Source: Malacoraja senta (Eukaryota). From it: 64,000 nt of DNA. The notes under the pieces are model-generated. The model was given only the letters and a program-made list of their open reading frames with translations, was not told the DNA's origin and ran no database searches. Made by a program: the position numbers and the translations under genes. The DNA lies in assembly GCA_038087875.1 (NCBI GenBank), contig CM076000.1, positions 682,001-746,000 on the forward strand, in the 5' to 3' direction. Positions 1 to 12,395 of this stretch are shown here, one piece after another (position 1 is the first letter of the stretch; the number at the start of each line of letters is the position of its first letter).

Positions 1-219
1 GGCGGAGATGGAGAGTGAAGAGCGAGAGAGAGAGATAGAGAGGGGGGCCCTCCCAGAGTTGAATGGCAGGTGTCCTGCCTTGGCCGGAGGCCACCTAGAT
101 TTCGAGGCCCTAGGCTTCAGTCTATGAAGCCTAGTGGTAAATCCGGCTCTGCGAGGCCCCCCCTAGATCTCGAGGCCTTAAGCTTAAGCTTGTGCAGCTT
201 ATACGGAAATCCGGCCCTG
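1..219. mobile_element. Right end(s) of hAT-like non-autonomous DNA transposon(s)
   Basis: Two related termini, AAATCCGGCTCTG (ends 151) and AAATCCGGCCCTG (ends 219), i.e. CAGGGCCGG-type TIRs. Confidence 0.55.
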
Positions 220-646
220 GTTCACGGACAAACTAAATGCACTCCTGGGGGGATAAAATAATATTCAAAGCTTATACTCCCTGGATGATTAAAGATATTA
301 GAATTAAACACAAAACTTAAATTTATGATAAATGTAAGTTTAAACTACAATGAGAGTAGAAAAGAATACCATGCAAAGAATTTCCAAGAAAGGAAATTAG
401 GGTTTGTGAAAACTCCAGCTGTTAACTCCAGCTGTTAATGTGGGGAGAAAGAAAGCATTTTATTAACACAAGTTAAAAGGCTGGAACTAATGAGGGACTT
501 TCTCATGTCAATTCTTTCCTTTGGCTTTTCTAAAACCGTTCAGTAGATTTTATTTGTGTGCCTCGTTCGTTGTCAATATTATTCAGCAAGGTAATTGTTA
601 ATGCAGCAACCTGAGAAATTTGGGCTTTCAGATTAAAACACATATA

Positions 647-845
647 CAGATGCTCCCGGATTTATGATGCTTCGACTTACGATATTTCAACTTTACAAGG
701 GTGCAAACAATCGGCAACGGCAGCAAGCCGATGGCACTTCTGGTCACGTGATCGCATTGTATTAAATGCGTTTTCGACTTACAATATTTTCGATTTACGA
801 TGGATTCATCGGAATGTAACCCCATCGTAGGTCGAGGAGCAGCTG
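647..845. mobile_element. Tigger/pogo-type MITE
   Basis: TIRs CAGATGCTCC / GGAGCAGCTG, TA on both sides, subterminal CGACTTAC repeats. Confidence 0.8.
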
Positions 846-1191
846 TAATGAAGTTATGGAAAGATGCACGGAAAATTCAGTAAATTTTATTGTAATTATG
901 AAAGAAATAAACCTGGAATTTTCTCCATTATTTTGGTAATATCCTTGTTTTGGGAGTGTGAAACTTCCCTACTAGTAGAAATGTTGAATGATTTTTTTCA
1001 AAAGATAGTTTCAGTCTCTCAACTGTTTCATCATTGTACATTGGTCATTATTCACTAGAATATCTCCATGAAAAATATTAGCATAGAAAGCAAGGATGGT
1101 ATAGAAAAAATGTTTGCATATGAAGGCTTTTAATGAGACATGGATGTATATAGTCTTTTTACATACATTATGTCCTTTCTGCTGCCCTTAG

Positions 1192-1302
1192 CTTCGTCAT
1201 ACCCATGTCCAGGATAGTGAAGCAGGTGGTATAACCCAGCAAATTGGTGCAACCAATGTTCCGCTTGAAACGATCAGTGAGCAAACTAAGATGGTGAAAA
1301 AT
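1192..1302 (+). CDS. EIF5B: EIF5B coding exon, G domain switch I ([37 protein letters not shown]); upstream exons lie outside the window
   Basis: ttag acceptor and gtaagt donor; 111 nt, phase 0/0; translation matches the eIF5B/IF2 [10 protein letters not shown] motif. Confidence 0.96.
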
Positions 1303-1440
1303 GTAAGTATATGAAAAATGAGCATTAGAACAGATTTCCTCAACAGTTCTTCGGAAGAGAATAAATACAAGTTTCAATTTGTCTGTAACTGGAATTCATA
1401 AATATTTAAAGAAATAATCACTCTTTGGTAACTCTTTCAG

Positions 1441-1508
1441 TTTGACAGGGATAACATTAGAACACCAGGAATGCTGATCATTGATACCCCAGGCCATGAG
1501 TCCTTCAG
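1441..1508 (+). CDS. EIF5B: EIF5B coding exon with the G3 motif (FDRDNIRTPGMLIIDTPGHESFS)
   Basis: ttcag / gtaaat; DTPGH motif; ends in phase 2. Confidence 0.96.
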
Positions 1509-2952
1509 GTAAATATTTTCTCTTATACCGTGCTTGGTCTTGAGGGATATATTTTTCTCTTGTGGTTCCAAAAATACCCATATAAGTAACACAAAAATTG
1601 GCTCATTATGAGCAAGGGAGCATCTATTGTAAAAGTATGGCATTGGTGCTTCAGATTAGCACAGGAACAATGTTGAAAACAATCTTGGATTCTGTATTAA
1701 GCAATGAAATTAAATTGCCCATAATATTGTGACAGTTGGATGTTAACATTTTTTAAAGTACACAATGTGTGCAAATACTAATTATGTTAAATCTGCACAA
1801 ATTAATGGAAATAAATCTGATTAGTTAGTCCATTTAAAGAAATTGAAACAGAAAGAAGCCTTTTCAATAACTAGCTCAGACATCAAATGTTTTAGGGTAG
1901 CCCTTAATATTGTTCTTATCTAATAATAAATGCATAGTCACTAAGTCAAGATCAGTTTAAATCAAAATTGCACGCCATTATTGATAAAAATTGGATCCAT
2001 ATTATAACACATTGACAGATCAGTAAATTTCAAGCCTTCAGTTGTATCCTTTTTAATGGAATTAATTTACATACCACAGCCAACCTGTGCTGTTCTTTCT
2101 GAATATTCACCTGCTTTGTACCGTAAGTCTTTCATGATTGAAAAGGTGTAATTCAGTTCAATACTTGTGGAAGTTTCCTATAACTGAAATAGAAACATGG
2201 AAAATAGGTGCAGGAGGAGGCCATTTGGACCTTTGAGCCTGCACCGCCATTCATTGTGATCAAGGCTGATCATCCACAATCAGTAACCCGTGCCTGCCTT
2301 CTCCCCATATACCTTGATTCCGCTAGCCCCTAGAGCTCTATCTAACTCTCTTTTAAATTCATCCAGTGAATTGGCCTCTACTTCCCTCTGTGGCAGAGAA
2401 TTCCACAAATTCACAACTCTCTAGGTGAAAACGTTTTTTCTCATCTCAGTTTTAAATGGCCTCCCCTTTATTTTTAGACTATGGCCCCTGGTTCTGGACT
2501 CTCCCAACATTGGGACCATTTTCCCTGCATCTAGCTTGTCCAGTCCTTTTATAATTTTATATGTTTCTATAAGATATCCTCTCATCCTTCTAAAATCCAG
2601 TGAATACAAGCCCAGTCTTTCCAATCTTTCCTCGTATGACAATCCTGGGGATTAACCTCGTGAACCTATGCTGCACTGCCTCAATAGCAAGGATGTCAAA
2701 TTAGGAGACCAAAACTGCACACAATACTCCAGATGTGGTCTCACCAGGGCCCTGTACAACCTCTTTACTCCTTTACTCAAATCCTCTTGTTATGAAGGTC
2801 AACATGCCATTAGCTTTCTTCACTGCCTGCTGTACCTGCATGCCAACTTTCAGTGACTGGTGTACAAGGACACACAGGGTTCGTTGCACTTCCCTTTTTC
2901 CCAATCTGACACCATTGAGATAATAATCTGCCTCCTTGTTCCTGCCGCCAAA

Positions 2953-5900
2953 TTTACCAAAATATCGCCTGTCTGCGGCATTATGTTGCCAGCTGCACAA
3001 CAGAAAATCATCAAATATAGTAGTTCTCGGCTTACCTGTATAAAAGAAACAGCAGAAACCAGCGATGCAACTGACAAGGTGATAATTCATTTAAAAGCAT
3101 TGGCGCTATTGCGATCTACCGGCAGCAACGGAGCTGCCGACTGTAAGGGAATTCCCGATCACAGGGGAATCCCCGACCTGGCGGAGGATGGCAGAAACAG
3201 TAAGTACTGTACCTGAAACACCCGGGAGGCCTCTATGATGTCTGGAAACGTGGCCGGCGAGCAGGACTACCAAGTCAGACTGAAGCACAGGGGACTACGA
3301 CCCCCTCTCCCTACCATCCTACTAGCCAATGTACAATCACTGGAAAATAAAGTGGAGGACTTAAGGTCAAGGCTGCTTTATCAGAGGGAATGCTCTGTGT
3401 TCTGTTTCACAGAGACATGGCTCACCCCCAGCTCCCCAGACTCAGCCGTCCAGCCTGAAGGTTTCTCCATCCATTGTATGGACCGTATGCAGGCATCTGG
3501 GAAAGGGAGAGGAGGGGGCGTCTGCCTCATGGTCAACTCTCCGTGGTGCTCAGACATGGCAGTTCTGTCTAACTCCTGCTCTCCGCACCTGGAACATCTG
3601 GCGGTGACGTGCCACCCCTTCTACCTCCTGAGGGAATTCACCTCCATCATCCTGACCGCGGTCTACATCCCACCCCAGGCAGACGTCCATCTAGCATTGG
3701 AGGAGCTGCACGCCGTGGTCAATAAACACCAGACAGCGTACCCTGAAACGTTTACCACCATAGCCGGGTACTTCAACAAAGCCAACCTTAAAAAATCACT
3801 CCCAACCAACACGAACATGTCTCCTGCAGCATCAGTGGACTACACACCCTTGACCACTGCTACACGACCATCAAGGATGCCTATCGCTCTATCCCTCGCC
3901 CTCACTTCGGGAAATCTGACCATTCAGCGGTGGTGCTTCTTCCTGCATACAGGCAGCAACTGAAGAGCGCACCCCCAGAGGTGAGGACTGCACAGAGCTG
4001 GTCTGGGGAGGTAGAGGAACAACTACAGGACTGCTTGGAGTCAGTAGACTAGGCAATGTTCAAGGACTCGGCAACGGACCTGAATGAATTCGCCACAGTC
4101 GTTACAGACTTCATAAGGAAATGTGTGGAGGACTGCGTTCCAACAAAAACCTTCTGAGTTTCCTAACCAGAAGCCTTGGATGAATCAGATCCGCATTCTT
4201 CTGAAAACCAGATCCCGGGCATTCAGGTCTGGTGATGCAGAGGTCTATCAGAAGTCCAGATACGACCTTGATAAGGCCATAAAAATGGCCAAAAGTGACT
4301 TCCGCTCAAAGCTGATGGGGTGGATGATCGGCAACTGTGGCAGGGTTTGAATGTCATCACTTCCTGCAAGGCAAAATCAGGAGGCGAGTTCTCAAAACCT
4401 GTGCAGACCATCTGGCTGGAGTTTTTGCGGACATTTTCAACCTTTCACTAATGCGGTCTGAGGTTCTCACCTGCTTTAAGAGGGCATCAATAATACCGGT
4501 GCCCAAGAAGAGTAAGGTGACGTGCCTCAATGACTATCGACCAGTGGCGCTAACGTCCGTGGTGATTTGAGAGGTTGGTTATGGCGCAGATCAACTCCTA
4601 CCTCAACAAGAACCTCGACCCACTACAGTTTTCCTTCCGTCACAACAGGAGGATGTGATCTCACTGGCTCTCCACTCCGCACTGGACCACTTGGACAATA
4701 TAAAAACTTATATTGTTTATTGATGTTTAAGAAAGAACTGCAGATACTGGAAAAATCAAAGGTAGACAAAAATACTGGAGAAACTCAGCGGGTGAGGCAG
4801 CATCTAGGAGCGAAGGAATAGGTAACGTTTCGGGTCGAGACCCTTCTTCTGAAGAAGGGTCTCGACCCGAAATGTCACCTATTCCTTCACTCCATAGATG
4901 CTGTCTCACCCGCTGAGTTTCTCCAGCATTTTTGTCTACCTTCTTATGTTGTTTATTGACTACAGCTCGGCGTTCAATACCATCATCCCCTCCAAGATGG
5001 TTATCAAGCTCACGGAACTGGGTCTCTGCGCATCGCTCTGCAATTGGGTCCTCGACTTCCTCATCCACAGACTACAGTCTGTTCGAATTGGCAGAAATAC
5101 TTCACCCTCATTAACAATCAGTACGGGAGTACCTCAAGGCTACGTGCTCAGCCCCCTGCTCTACTCTATTCCCATGACTGTGTAGCCGGACATAGTGCGA
5201 ACTCCATCGTCAAATTCGCCGACGACAGCACCGTTGTGGGACGAATTACAGATGGCGATGAGTCATAGTATAGAAGTGAGATCGACCGATTAACCAAACG
5301 GTGCCAGCACAACAACCTGGCTCTCAATATCAGTAAAACCAAAGAACTGATTGTGGACTTTGGAAGAGGAAGGATGAGGACTCACAATCCTGTTTATATC
5401 AATGGGACGAAGGTGGCGAGAGACAAAAACTTCAAATTCCTGGGCATGCATATTTCCGAAGATCTTTCCTGGACCCAGCACACTGATGCAATTATAAGGA
5501 AAGCACATCAGCGCCTCTACTTCCTGAGAAGATTACAAAGGTTCGGTATGTCAAAGAGGATTTTCTTGAACTTCTACAGGTGCACAGTAGGGAGCATATT
5601 GACTGGTTGCATCATTGTCTGGTTCGGCAACTTGAATGTTCGGGAGCGGAAAAGACTGCAAAAAGTTGTGACCACTGCCCAGTCCAACACCGGCTCTGAC
5701 CTCCCCACCATCGAAGGGATTTATCGGAGTCGCTGCCTCAAAAAGGTAATCAACATCATCAGAGACCCACACCATCCTGGCCACACACTTATTTCACCAC
5801 TGCCATCGGGAAGAAGGTACAGGAGCCTGAAAACTGTAACGTCCAGGTTCAGGAACAGCTACTTCCCTACAGCCATCAGGCTATTAAACACTGCAACCTC

Positions 5901-6130
5901 ATATAGGCTCAGAACTACAATAGACTATTATTATTATTATTATTATTATTATTGTTGCACTGTTTTGTTTGTTTTCTGAGTATGTGTGTGTATATATACA
6001 CACTGAGCTTTTCTTTTCTCTCTCGTTTGTCATGTCATATACTGTGTTTGCATATTCTGTTGTGCTGAAGCAAGTAAGAATTTCATTGTTCTATCTGGGA
6101 CATATGACAATAAAACCTTCTTGACTCTCT
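2953..6130 (+). mobile_element. Rex1/Babar-type LINE, near full length, degenerate (AP endonuclease plus RT)
   Basis: LANVQSLENK...CFTETWL...GGGVC...VYIPP endonuclease; [26 protein letters not shown] motifs; (TAT)n and GACAATAAA tail. Confidence 0.85.
4724..4942. mobile_element. Penelope-derived fold-back mini-element with a hammerhead motif
   Basis: Inverted arms 4759-4849 / 4851-4942; 17-bp TSD CTTAT(A/G)TTGTTTATTGA. Confidence 0.85.
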
Positions 6131-7311
6131 TAACCTCGCATTTATCTACATTATACTGCATCTGCCATGCATCTGCCCATTCACTCAACCTGTCCAAGTC
6201 ACCCTGCAACTTCCTAGCACCCTCTTCGCAGTTCACACTGCCACCCAGCTTTGTGTCATCTGCAAATTTGTTAGTGTTACTTTTAATCCCACCATATAAA
6301 TCATTAATATATATTGTAAATTGTTGCTGCTCCAGCACCGAGCCTTGCAGCATTCCACTCGCCACTGCCTGCCACTCTGACAGGGACCCATTTATTCATA
6401 CTCTTTGTCTCCTTGCCAACCAATTCTCTATCCATGTCAATACCCTACCCCCAATACCATGTGCTCTAATTTTGGCCACTAATCTCCAGTGTGGGACCTT
6501 ATCAAAGGCTTTCTGAAAGTCCAGATACACTACATCCACTGGCTCTCCTTCATCTATTTTACTTGTCACATCCTCAAAAAATTCCAGATTTGTCAAGCAG
6601 GATTTCTCCTTCATAAATCCATGCTGACTTGGACCAATCATTTTACTGCTATCCAAATTTGCTGTTATTACTTCTAATAATTGACTCCAGCATCTTCCCC
6701 TCCACCGATGTCAGGCTAACTGGTCTATAATTCCACGTTTTCTCTCTCGCTCCTTTCTTGAAAAGTGGGATAACATTAGCTATCCACCAATCCACAGGAA
6801 CTGATCCTGAACCTATAGAACGTTGGAAAGTGATCACCAAAGCGTCCACGATTTCTAGAGCCACCTCCTTGAGTACCATGGGATCCAGACAATCAGGCCC
6901 TGGGGATTTATCAGCCTTCAGTCTCATCAGTTTACCCAATACTATTTCTCGCCTAATGCAAATTTCTTTCAGTTCCTTTGTCTCCCTAGATCTTCTGTCC
7001 TCTAGTACATCTGGGAGATTATTTGTGTCTTCCTTAGTGAAGACAGAACCAAAGTACCTGTTCAACTGTTCTGCCATTTCCTTGTTCCCCATAATAATTT
7101 CACCTGTTTCTGCCTTCAGGGGACCCACATTTGTCTTTACTAACCTTTTTCTCTTAACATACCTAAAGAAGCTTTTACTATCCTTCTTTATATTCTTGGC
7201 TAGCTTACCCTCATCTTTTCATCTTTTAATCCCGTATGGCCCTTTTTGTTACCTTCTGTTGTCCTTTGAAAGTTTCTGAATCCTCTGGCTTCCCGCTACT
7301 CTTTGCTATAT

Positions 7312-7394
7312 TAACCATATATAACCATATAACCATATAACCGTAACAGCACGGAAACAGGCCATCTCGGCCCTTCAAGTCCGTGCCGAACATT

Positions 7395-7427
<33 letters not shown>

Positions 7428-9230
7428 AAATTAAAAATAAAATACTTCCCCCTAGTCCCATCTACCTGCACTCAGACCATAACCCTCCATTCCGTTCCCG
7501 TCCATATACCCATCCAATCTATTTTTAAAGGATAACATCGAACCTGCCTCCACCACTTCCACTGGAAGCTCATTCCACACAGCTACCACTCTCTGAGTAA
7601 AGAAGTTCCCCCTAATGTTCCCCCTAAACTTCTGTCCCTTAATTCTCAAGTCATGTCCCCTTGTTTGAATCTTCCCTACTCTCAATGGGAAAAGCTTATC
7701 CACGTCCACTCTGTCTAACCCGCTCATAATTTTAAAGACCTCTATCAAGTCCCCTCTTAACCTTCTGCGCTCCAAAGAATAAAGACCTAACTTGTTCAAC
7801 CTTTCTCTGTAACTTAGTTGCTGAAACCCAGGCAACATTCTAGTAAATCTCCTCTGTACTCTCTCTATTTTGTTGACATCCTTCCTATAATTAGGCGACC
7901 AAAATTGTACTCCATACTCCAGAATTGGCCTCACCAATGCCTTGTACAATTTTAACATTACATCCCAACTTCTATATTCAATGCTCTGATTTATAAAGGC
8001 CAGCACACCAAAAGCTTTCTTTACCACCCTATCTACATGAGATTCCACCTTCAGGGAACTATGCACAGTTATTCCTAGATCCCTCTGTTCAACTGCATTC
8101 CTCAATTCGCTACCATTTACCGTGTACGTCCTATTTTGATTTGTCCTGCCGAGATGTAGCACCTCACATTTGTCAGCATTAAACTCCATCTGCCATCTTT
8201 CAGCCCACTCTTCCAAATGGCCTAAATCTCTCTGTAGACTTTGAAAATCTACTTCATTATCCACAACACCACCTATCTTAGTATCATCTGCATACTTACT
8301 AATCCAATTTTCCACACCTTCATCCAGATCATTGATGTACATGACAAACAACAGTGGACCCAACACAGACCCCTGAGGCACCCCACTAGTCACCGGCCTC
8401 CAACCTGACAAACAGCCATCCACCATTACTCTCTGGCATCTCCCATTCAGCCACTGTTGAATCCATCTTGCTACTCCACCATTAATACCCAACAATTGAA
8501 TCTTCTTAACCAACCTTCCATGAGGAACCTTGTCAAAGGCCTTACTGAAGTCCATATAGACAACATCCACTGCTTTACCCTCATCAATTTCCCTAGTAAC
8601 CTCTTCGAAAAATTCAAGAAGATTAGTCAAGCATGACCTTCCAGGCACAAATCCATGTTGACTGTTCCTAATCAGACCCTGCTTATCCAGATGCTTATAT
8701 ATATTATCTTTAAGTATCCTTTCCATTAATTTGCCCACCACTGACGTCAAACTAACAGGTCTATAATTGCTAGGTTTACTCTTCGAACCCTTTTTAAACA
8801 ACGGAACAACATGCGCAGTACGCCAATCCTCCGGCACTATTCCCGTTTCTAATGACATTTGAAATATTTCTGTCATAGCCCCTGCTATTTCTACACTAAC
8901 TTCCCTCAATGTCCTAGGGAATATCCTGTCAGGACCTGGAGACTTATCCGTTTTCATATTTTTCAAAAGTGTCCGCACCTCCTCTTCTTTGAATCTCACA
9001 GTTTCCATTGCTACTCTGCTCGTTTCCCTTACCTCACATAATTCCATATCCTTCTCCTTCGTGAATACCGAAGAAAAGAAATTGTTCAATATCTCCCCCA
9101 TCTCTTTTGGCTCTGCAGATAGCTGTCCACTCTGACTCTCTAATGGACCGATTTTATTCCTTGTTATCCTTTTGGACCGATTTTATTCCTTGTTATCCTT
9201 TTGGACCGATTTTATTCCTTGTTATCCTTT
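7312..9230 (-). mobile_element. Young 5'-truncated CR1 LINE with an uninterrupted RT ORF (7452-9101, 549 aa)
   Basis: NYRPVSLTS, QHGF, DFSKAFDKV, GVPQGSVLGP, YADD; (AACCATAT)n tail. Confidence 0.93.
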
Positions 9231-10254
9231 TGTATTATACACCTTTTCTTTTTATTTTATTCCTTCCCCAACTTCCCTTGTCAGCCACAGTTGCCTCTTA
9301 CTCCCCTGGAATCTTTCTTCCTCTTTGGAATGAAATGAGCCTGCATCTTCTGGATTATGCCCAGAAATTCCTGCCATTGCTGTTCCCCCATCATTCCTGC
9401 TAGGATCTTTTTCCAGTCGACCTTCACCAGCTCCTCTCTCATGCCTTCATAGTCCCCTTTGTTCAACTGCAACACTGACACTTCTGATTTAACCTTCTCC
9501 CTCACAAATTGCAGATTAAAACATCATATTATGGACACTACCTCCTAGCGGTTCCTTTACCTTGTTAAATCTGGTTCATTAGACAGCACTAAATCCAGAA
9601 TTGCCTTCTCTCTGGTAGGCTCCAGTACAAGCTGCTCTAAGAATCCATCTCGGAGATACTTTACAAGCTCCCTTTCTTGGGGTCCAGAACCAACTTTTTT
9701 CTACATCGTCAGTCCCTATGTCACCCTTCGTAGGGACTGGATTTCATTCCTCACCAACAGAGCTACTCCACCTGCTCTGCCCACCTGCCTGTCCTTTCTG
9801 TAAGACGTATAACGCTGAATATTCAGTTCCCAATCCCGATCCTCCTGCAGCCATGTCTCTGTAATCCCCACAATGTCAGATCTCTAACTGAGCCTCATGC
9901 TCATCCATTTTACTCCTTATACTTGTATTTGTTAATGCATTGGAACATTAAGCTTTTTGTTTCTTTGCCTCAGACATTTATTTTAATTGTTCTTTCCTAA
10001 TTTCACTGCCAAGATTTATTAACATCTTCAGCCTGAGATAATGTTACATTTTTCATTATATCAATGATTCATTTAATACAATATTGTGTAATTTCGTCCC
10101 AGCATATTTTCTTATTTCAAGTATCCAACTGTATTTGATATTTTTCTTATATTTCATGTTGACATACAAAGATGGGATTTGGTTCATTAAATTGATACAG
10201 CTCAGACAATCTCATTCCCCAATAATCATCCTTGTAACCTATTTGCTCTCTGCA

Positions 10255-10470
10255 TTTTCCCATAAACCTCTTCCCAGATTCTACCACCCATCCACACTAA
10301 TTTAAAAAGTGTAATTAATCTACCTTCCCAAACGTCTTTAGGATGTAGAAGGATATCGGAGCATCCAGAGGAAACCATGTGGTTGTAGGAAGCATGTGCA
10401 AACTCCACACTGACAGCAGCAGAGACCATGCTTGCTGAAGTTGTGAAGCAACCATCTCTACTAGTTGCAC
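10255..10470 (-). mobile_element. Old degenerate tRNA-derived (HE1/V-type) SINE
   Basis: Similar to the SINEs at 21808 and 27072 (AAACTCCACACTGACAGC, TAATTAATCTAC). Confidence 0.6.
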
Positions 10471-10523
10471 CATTGAGCTTTCCCAGAAGGTCATGAACTT
10501 TAAACTCTTAGATTCTCTATATA

Positions 10524-12395
10524 AGCCAGTTCGATATTCCGACTGTGCATGCACAGGTCATAGGTTGCTCGGGCTAAACACTCGCTGTGGCCGTGCCGCT
10601 GCATGGGTGCAGGCCTGCGTCTCGCCTTATCCAGCCGCCGCTAGGCCGTCCCCGTCCCTTTTAGGGGCGGCCGGGGACGTCCAGGCCGATGGAGGGGGGG
10701 GGGGGGGGGGGCGCCGGCAGATTATTGTCTAAATGGTATCAAGTTGGGAAAAGGGGAAGTACAACGGGATCTGGGGGTCCTTGTTCATCAGACAATGAAA
10801 GTAAACATACAGGTACGGCAGGCAGTGAAGAAAGCGAATGGCATGTTGGCCTTCATAACAAGAGGAGTTGAGTATAGGAGCAAAGAGGTCCTTCTGCAGT
10901 TGTACAGGGCCCTAGTGAGAACACATCTGGAGTATTGTGTGCAGTTTTGGTCCCCTAATTTGAGGAAGGACATTCTTGCTATTGAGGGAGTGCAGCATAG
11001 GTTTACAAGGTTAATTCTCGGGATGGTGGGACTGTCATATGCTGAGAGAATGGAGCAGCTGGAACTTATTGAAACATATAAGATTATTAAGGGTTTGGAC
11101 ACGCTAGAGGCAGGTAACATGTTCCCGATGTTGGGGGAGTCCAGAACCAGGGGCCACTGTTTAAGAATAAGGGGCAAGCCATTTAAAACAGAGATGAGGA
11201 AACACTTTTTCACACAGAGAGTTGTGAGTCTGTGGAATTTTCTGCCTCAGAGGGCGGTGGAAGCCGGTTCTCTGGATACTTTCAAAGGAGAGAAAGACAG
11301 TGGAGTCAGGGGATAAGGGAAGAAGGCAGGAACGGGATATTGATTGGGGATGATCAGCCATGGGCCAACTCCTGCACCTATTGTCTATTGCTGATTGCTG
11401 GCTCCAGCTCGGCTCCGCTTGTCCCGGCGGGCCGCTGGCGGCGCGGAAAAGAAGCACCAACTCCAGCTCAACCCCGCCCGTCCCGCCAGCGGGACAGGCA
11501 GAGTCAAGCTGGGGCCGGCGCCTCCCGTCCGCGCTGGCTGCGGGCCTGGGCCGACACTCCCATCCGCGGGCCTCTGGATAGAAGACCCCCCTTCAGACTT
11601 CATACACATTAGACTTTTGCGCCGTGGTTGGGATGGATGGGAGCGGGGATTTCCACAGGCGCAAGGAACTAATGACCTGAAGTTTGTGTTGAATGAACTG
11701 AGTGTTCTTAACGTCCTCGCCGTATACCGGCGTTTTGTGAGAGTAGTTCTATCCCAGCTTCAGCTCAACCAACGTCGGTCACATTATCCGGACAGGCGGC
11801 GGGGAAACAGGAGCTGATGTGATGCATCGGTGATGCTCTGGAATCCTAGTCGGCCGCCGCCGAGCAGCAGGTTCGAGAAAGCAGTTCCCGACCCGGGAGT
11901 AGAGGTGTCAGTTCTTCCAGCGGCGACGGAGAGGCACCAGCTACTGCGGGCCGCTCATCTGTCGGGCGCTGAATCCTCGATCCCGGGATCCAACCACTCT
12001 CACCAAACGCCGGTGTACGACGAGGACGGTAAGAACACTCAGTTCACTCAACGCAAACTTTAGTCAATTTGTTCCTTGCGCCCGCGGAAATCTCCAGCGC
12101 GGTCGAGACAAGTGGGTTCTGAAGTTACATTCTCTCGATTGAGAACATTTTCTCGATTGAGGACATTTTCCCTAGAAGCAACGAGCCATGGCTTTACCAG
12201 TGGTTGTCTGTCTGGCTGAAACCTCTCTCCCCCACCTCTCACCGTCTCTCCCTGTCTCCCACTCACATCTACCCCCTCTCTCTCGCTGTTACACCCCGCT
12301 CTCCCCCGCTACCAGGCACCCCGTTCGCTTTTATTCTCGAATGATCTATGAAAAATCCCATGATTCCTTGCGTCTTTCGGAATACCGAACTGGCT
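10524..12395. mobile_element. GC-rich non-autonomous TIR DNA transposon hosting a CR1 fragment
   Basis: TIRs AGCCAGTTCG(A/G)TATTCCGA at both ends, flanked by TA. Confidence 0.75.
10718..11390 (+). mobile_element. CR1 LINE 3' fragment
   Basis: RT C-terminal LEYCVQFWSP...TRGH...FFTQRVV. Confidence 0.9.

Larger units (their letters stand above)
2186..9925 (-). mobile_element. Degenerate CR1 (HER1-like) LINE split into three pieces (about 2186-2952, 6131-7311 and 9231-9925) by later insertions
   Basis: CR1 3' tail at the 2186 end; RT motifs continue across the junctions (YNVDKCEV | FGGRNKEADYYL; KFADDTK; QHGF); frameshifted. Confidence 0.88.

Noticed and set aside
7452..9101. Long RT ORFs (also 23850-25376) as domesticated host genes
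   Set aside because: Ordinary 5'-truncated CR1 copies with LINE tails; no splice or promoter context.
9144..9230. 29-bp direct repeats resembling a CRISPR array
   Set aside because: No spacers, eukaryotic context, and derived from CR1 sequence.
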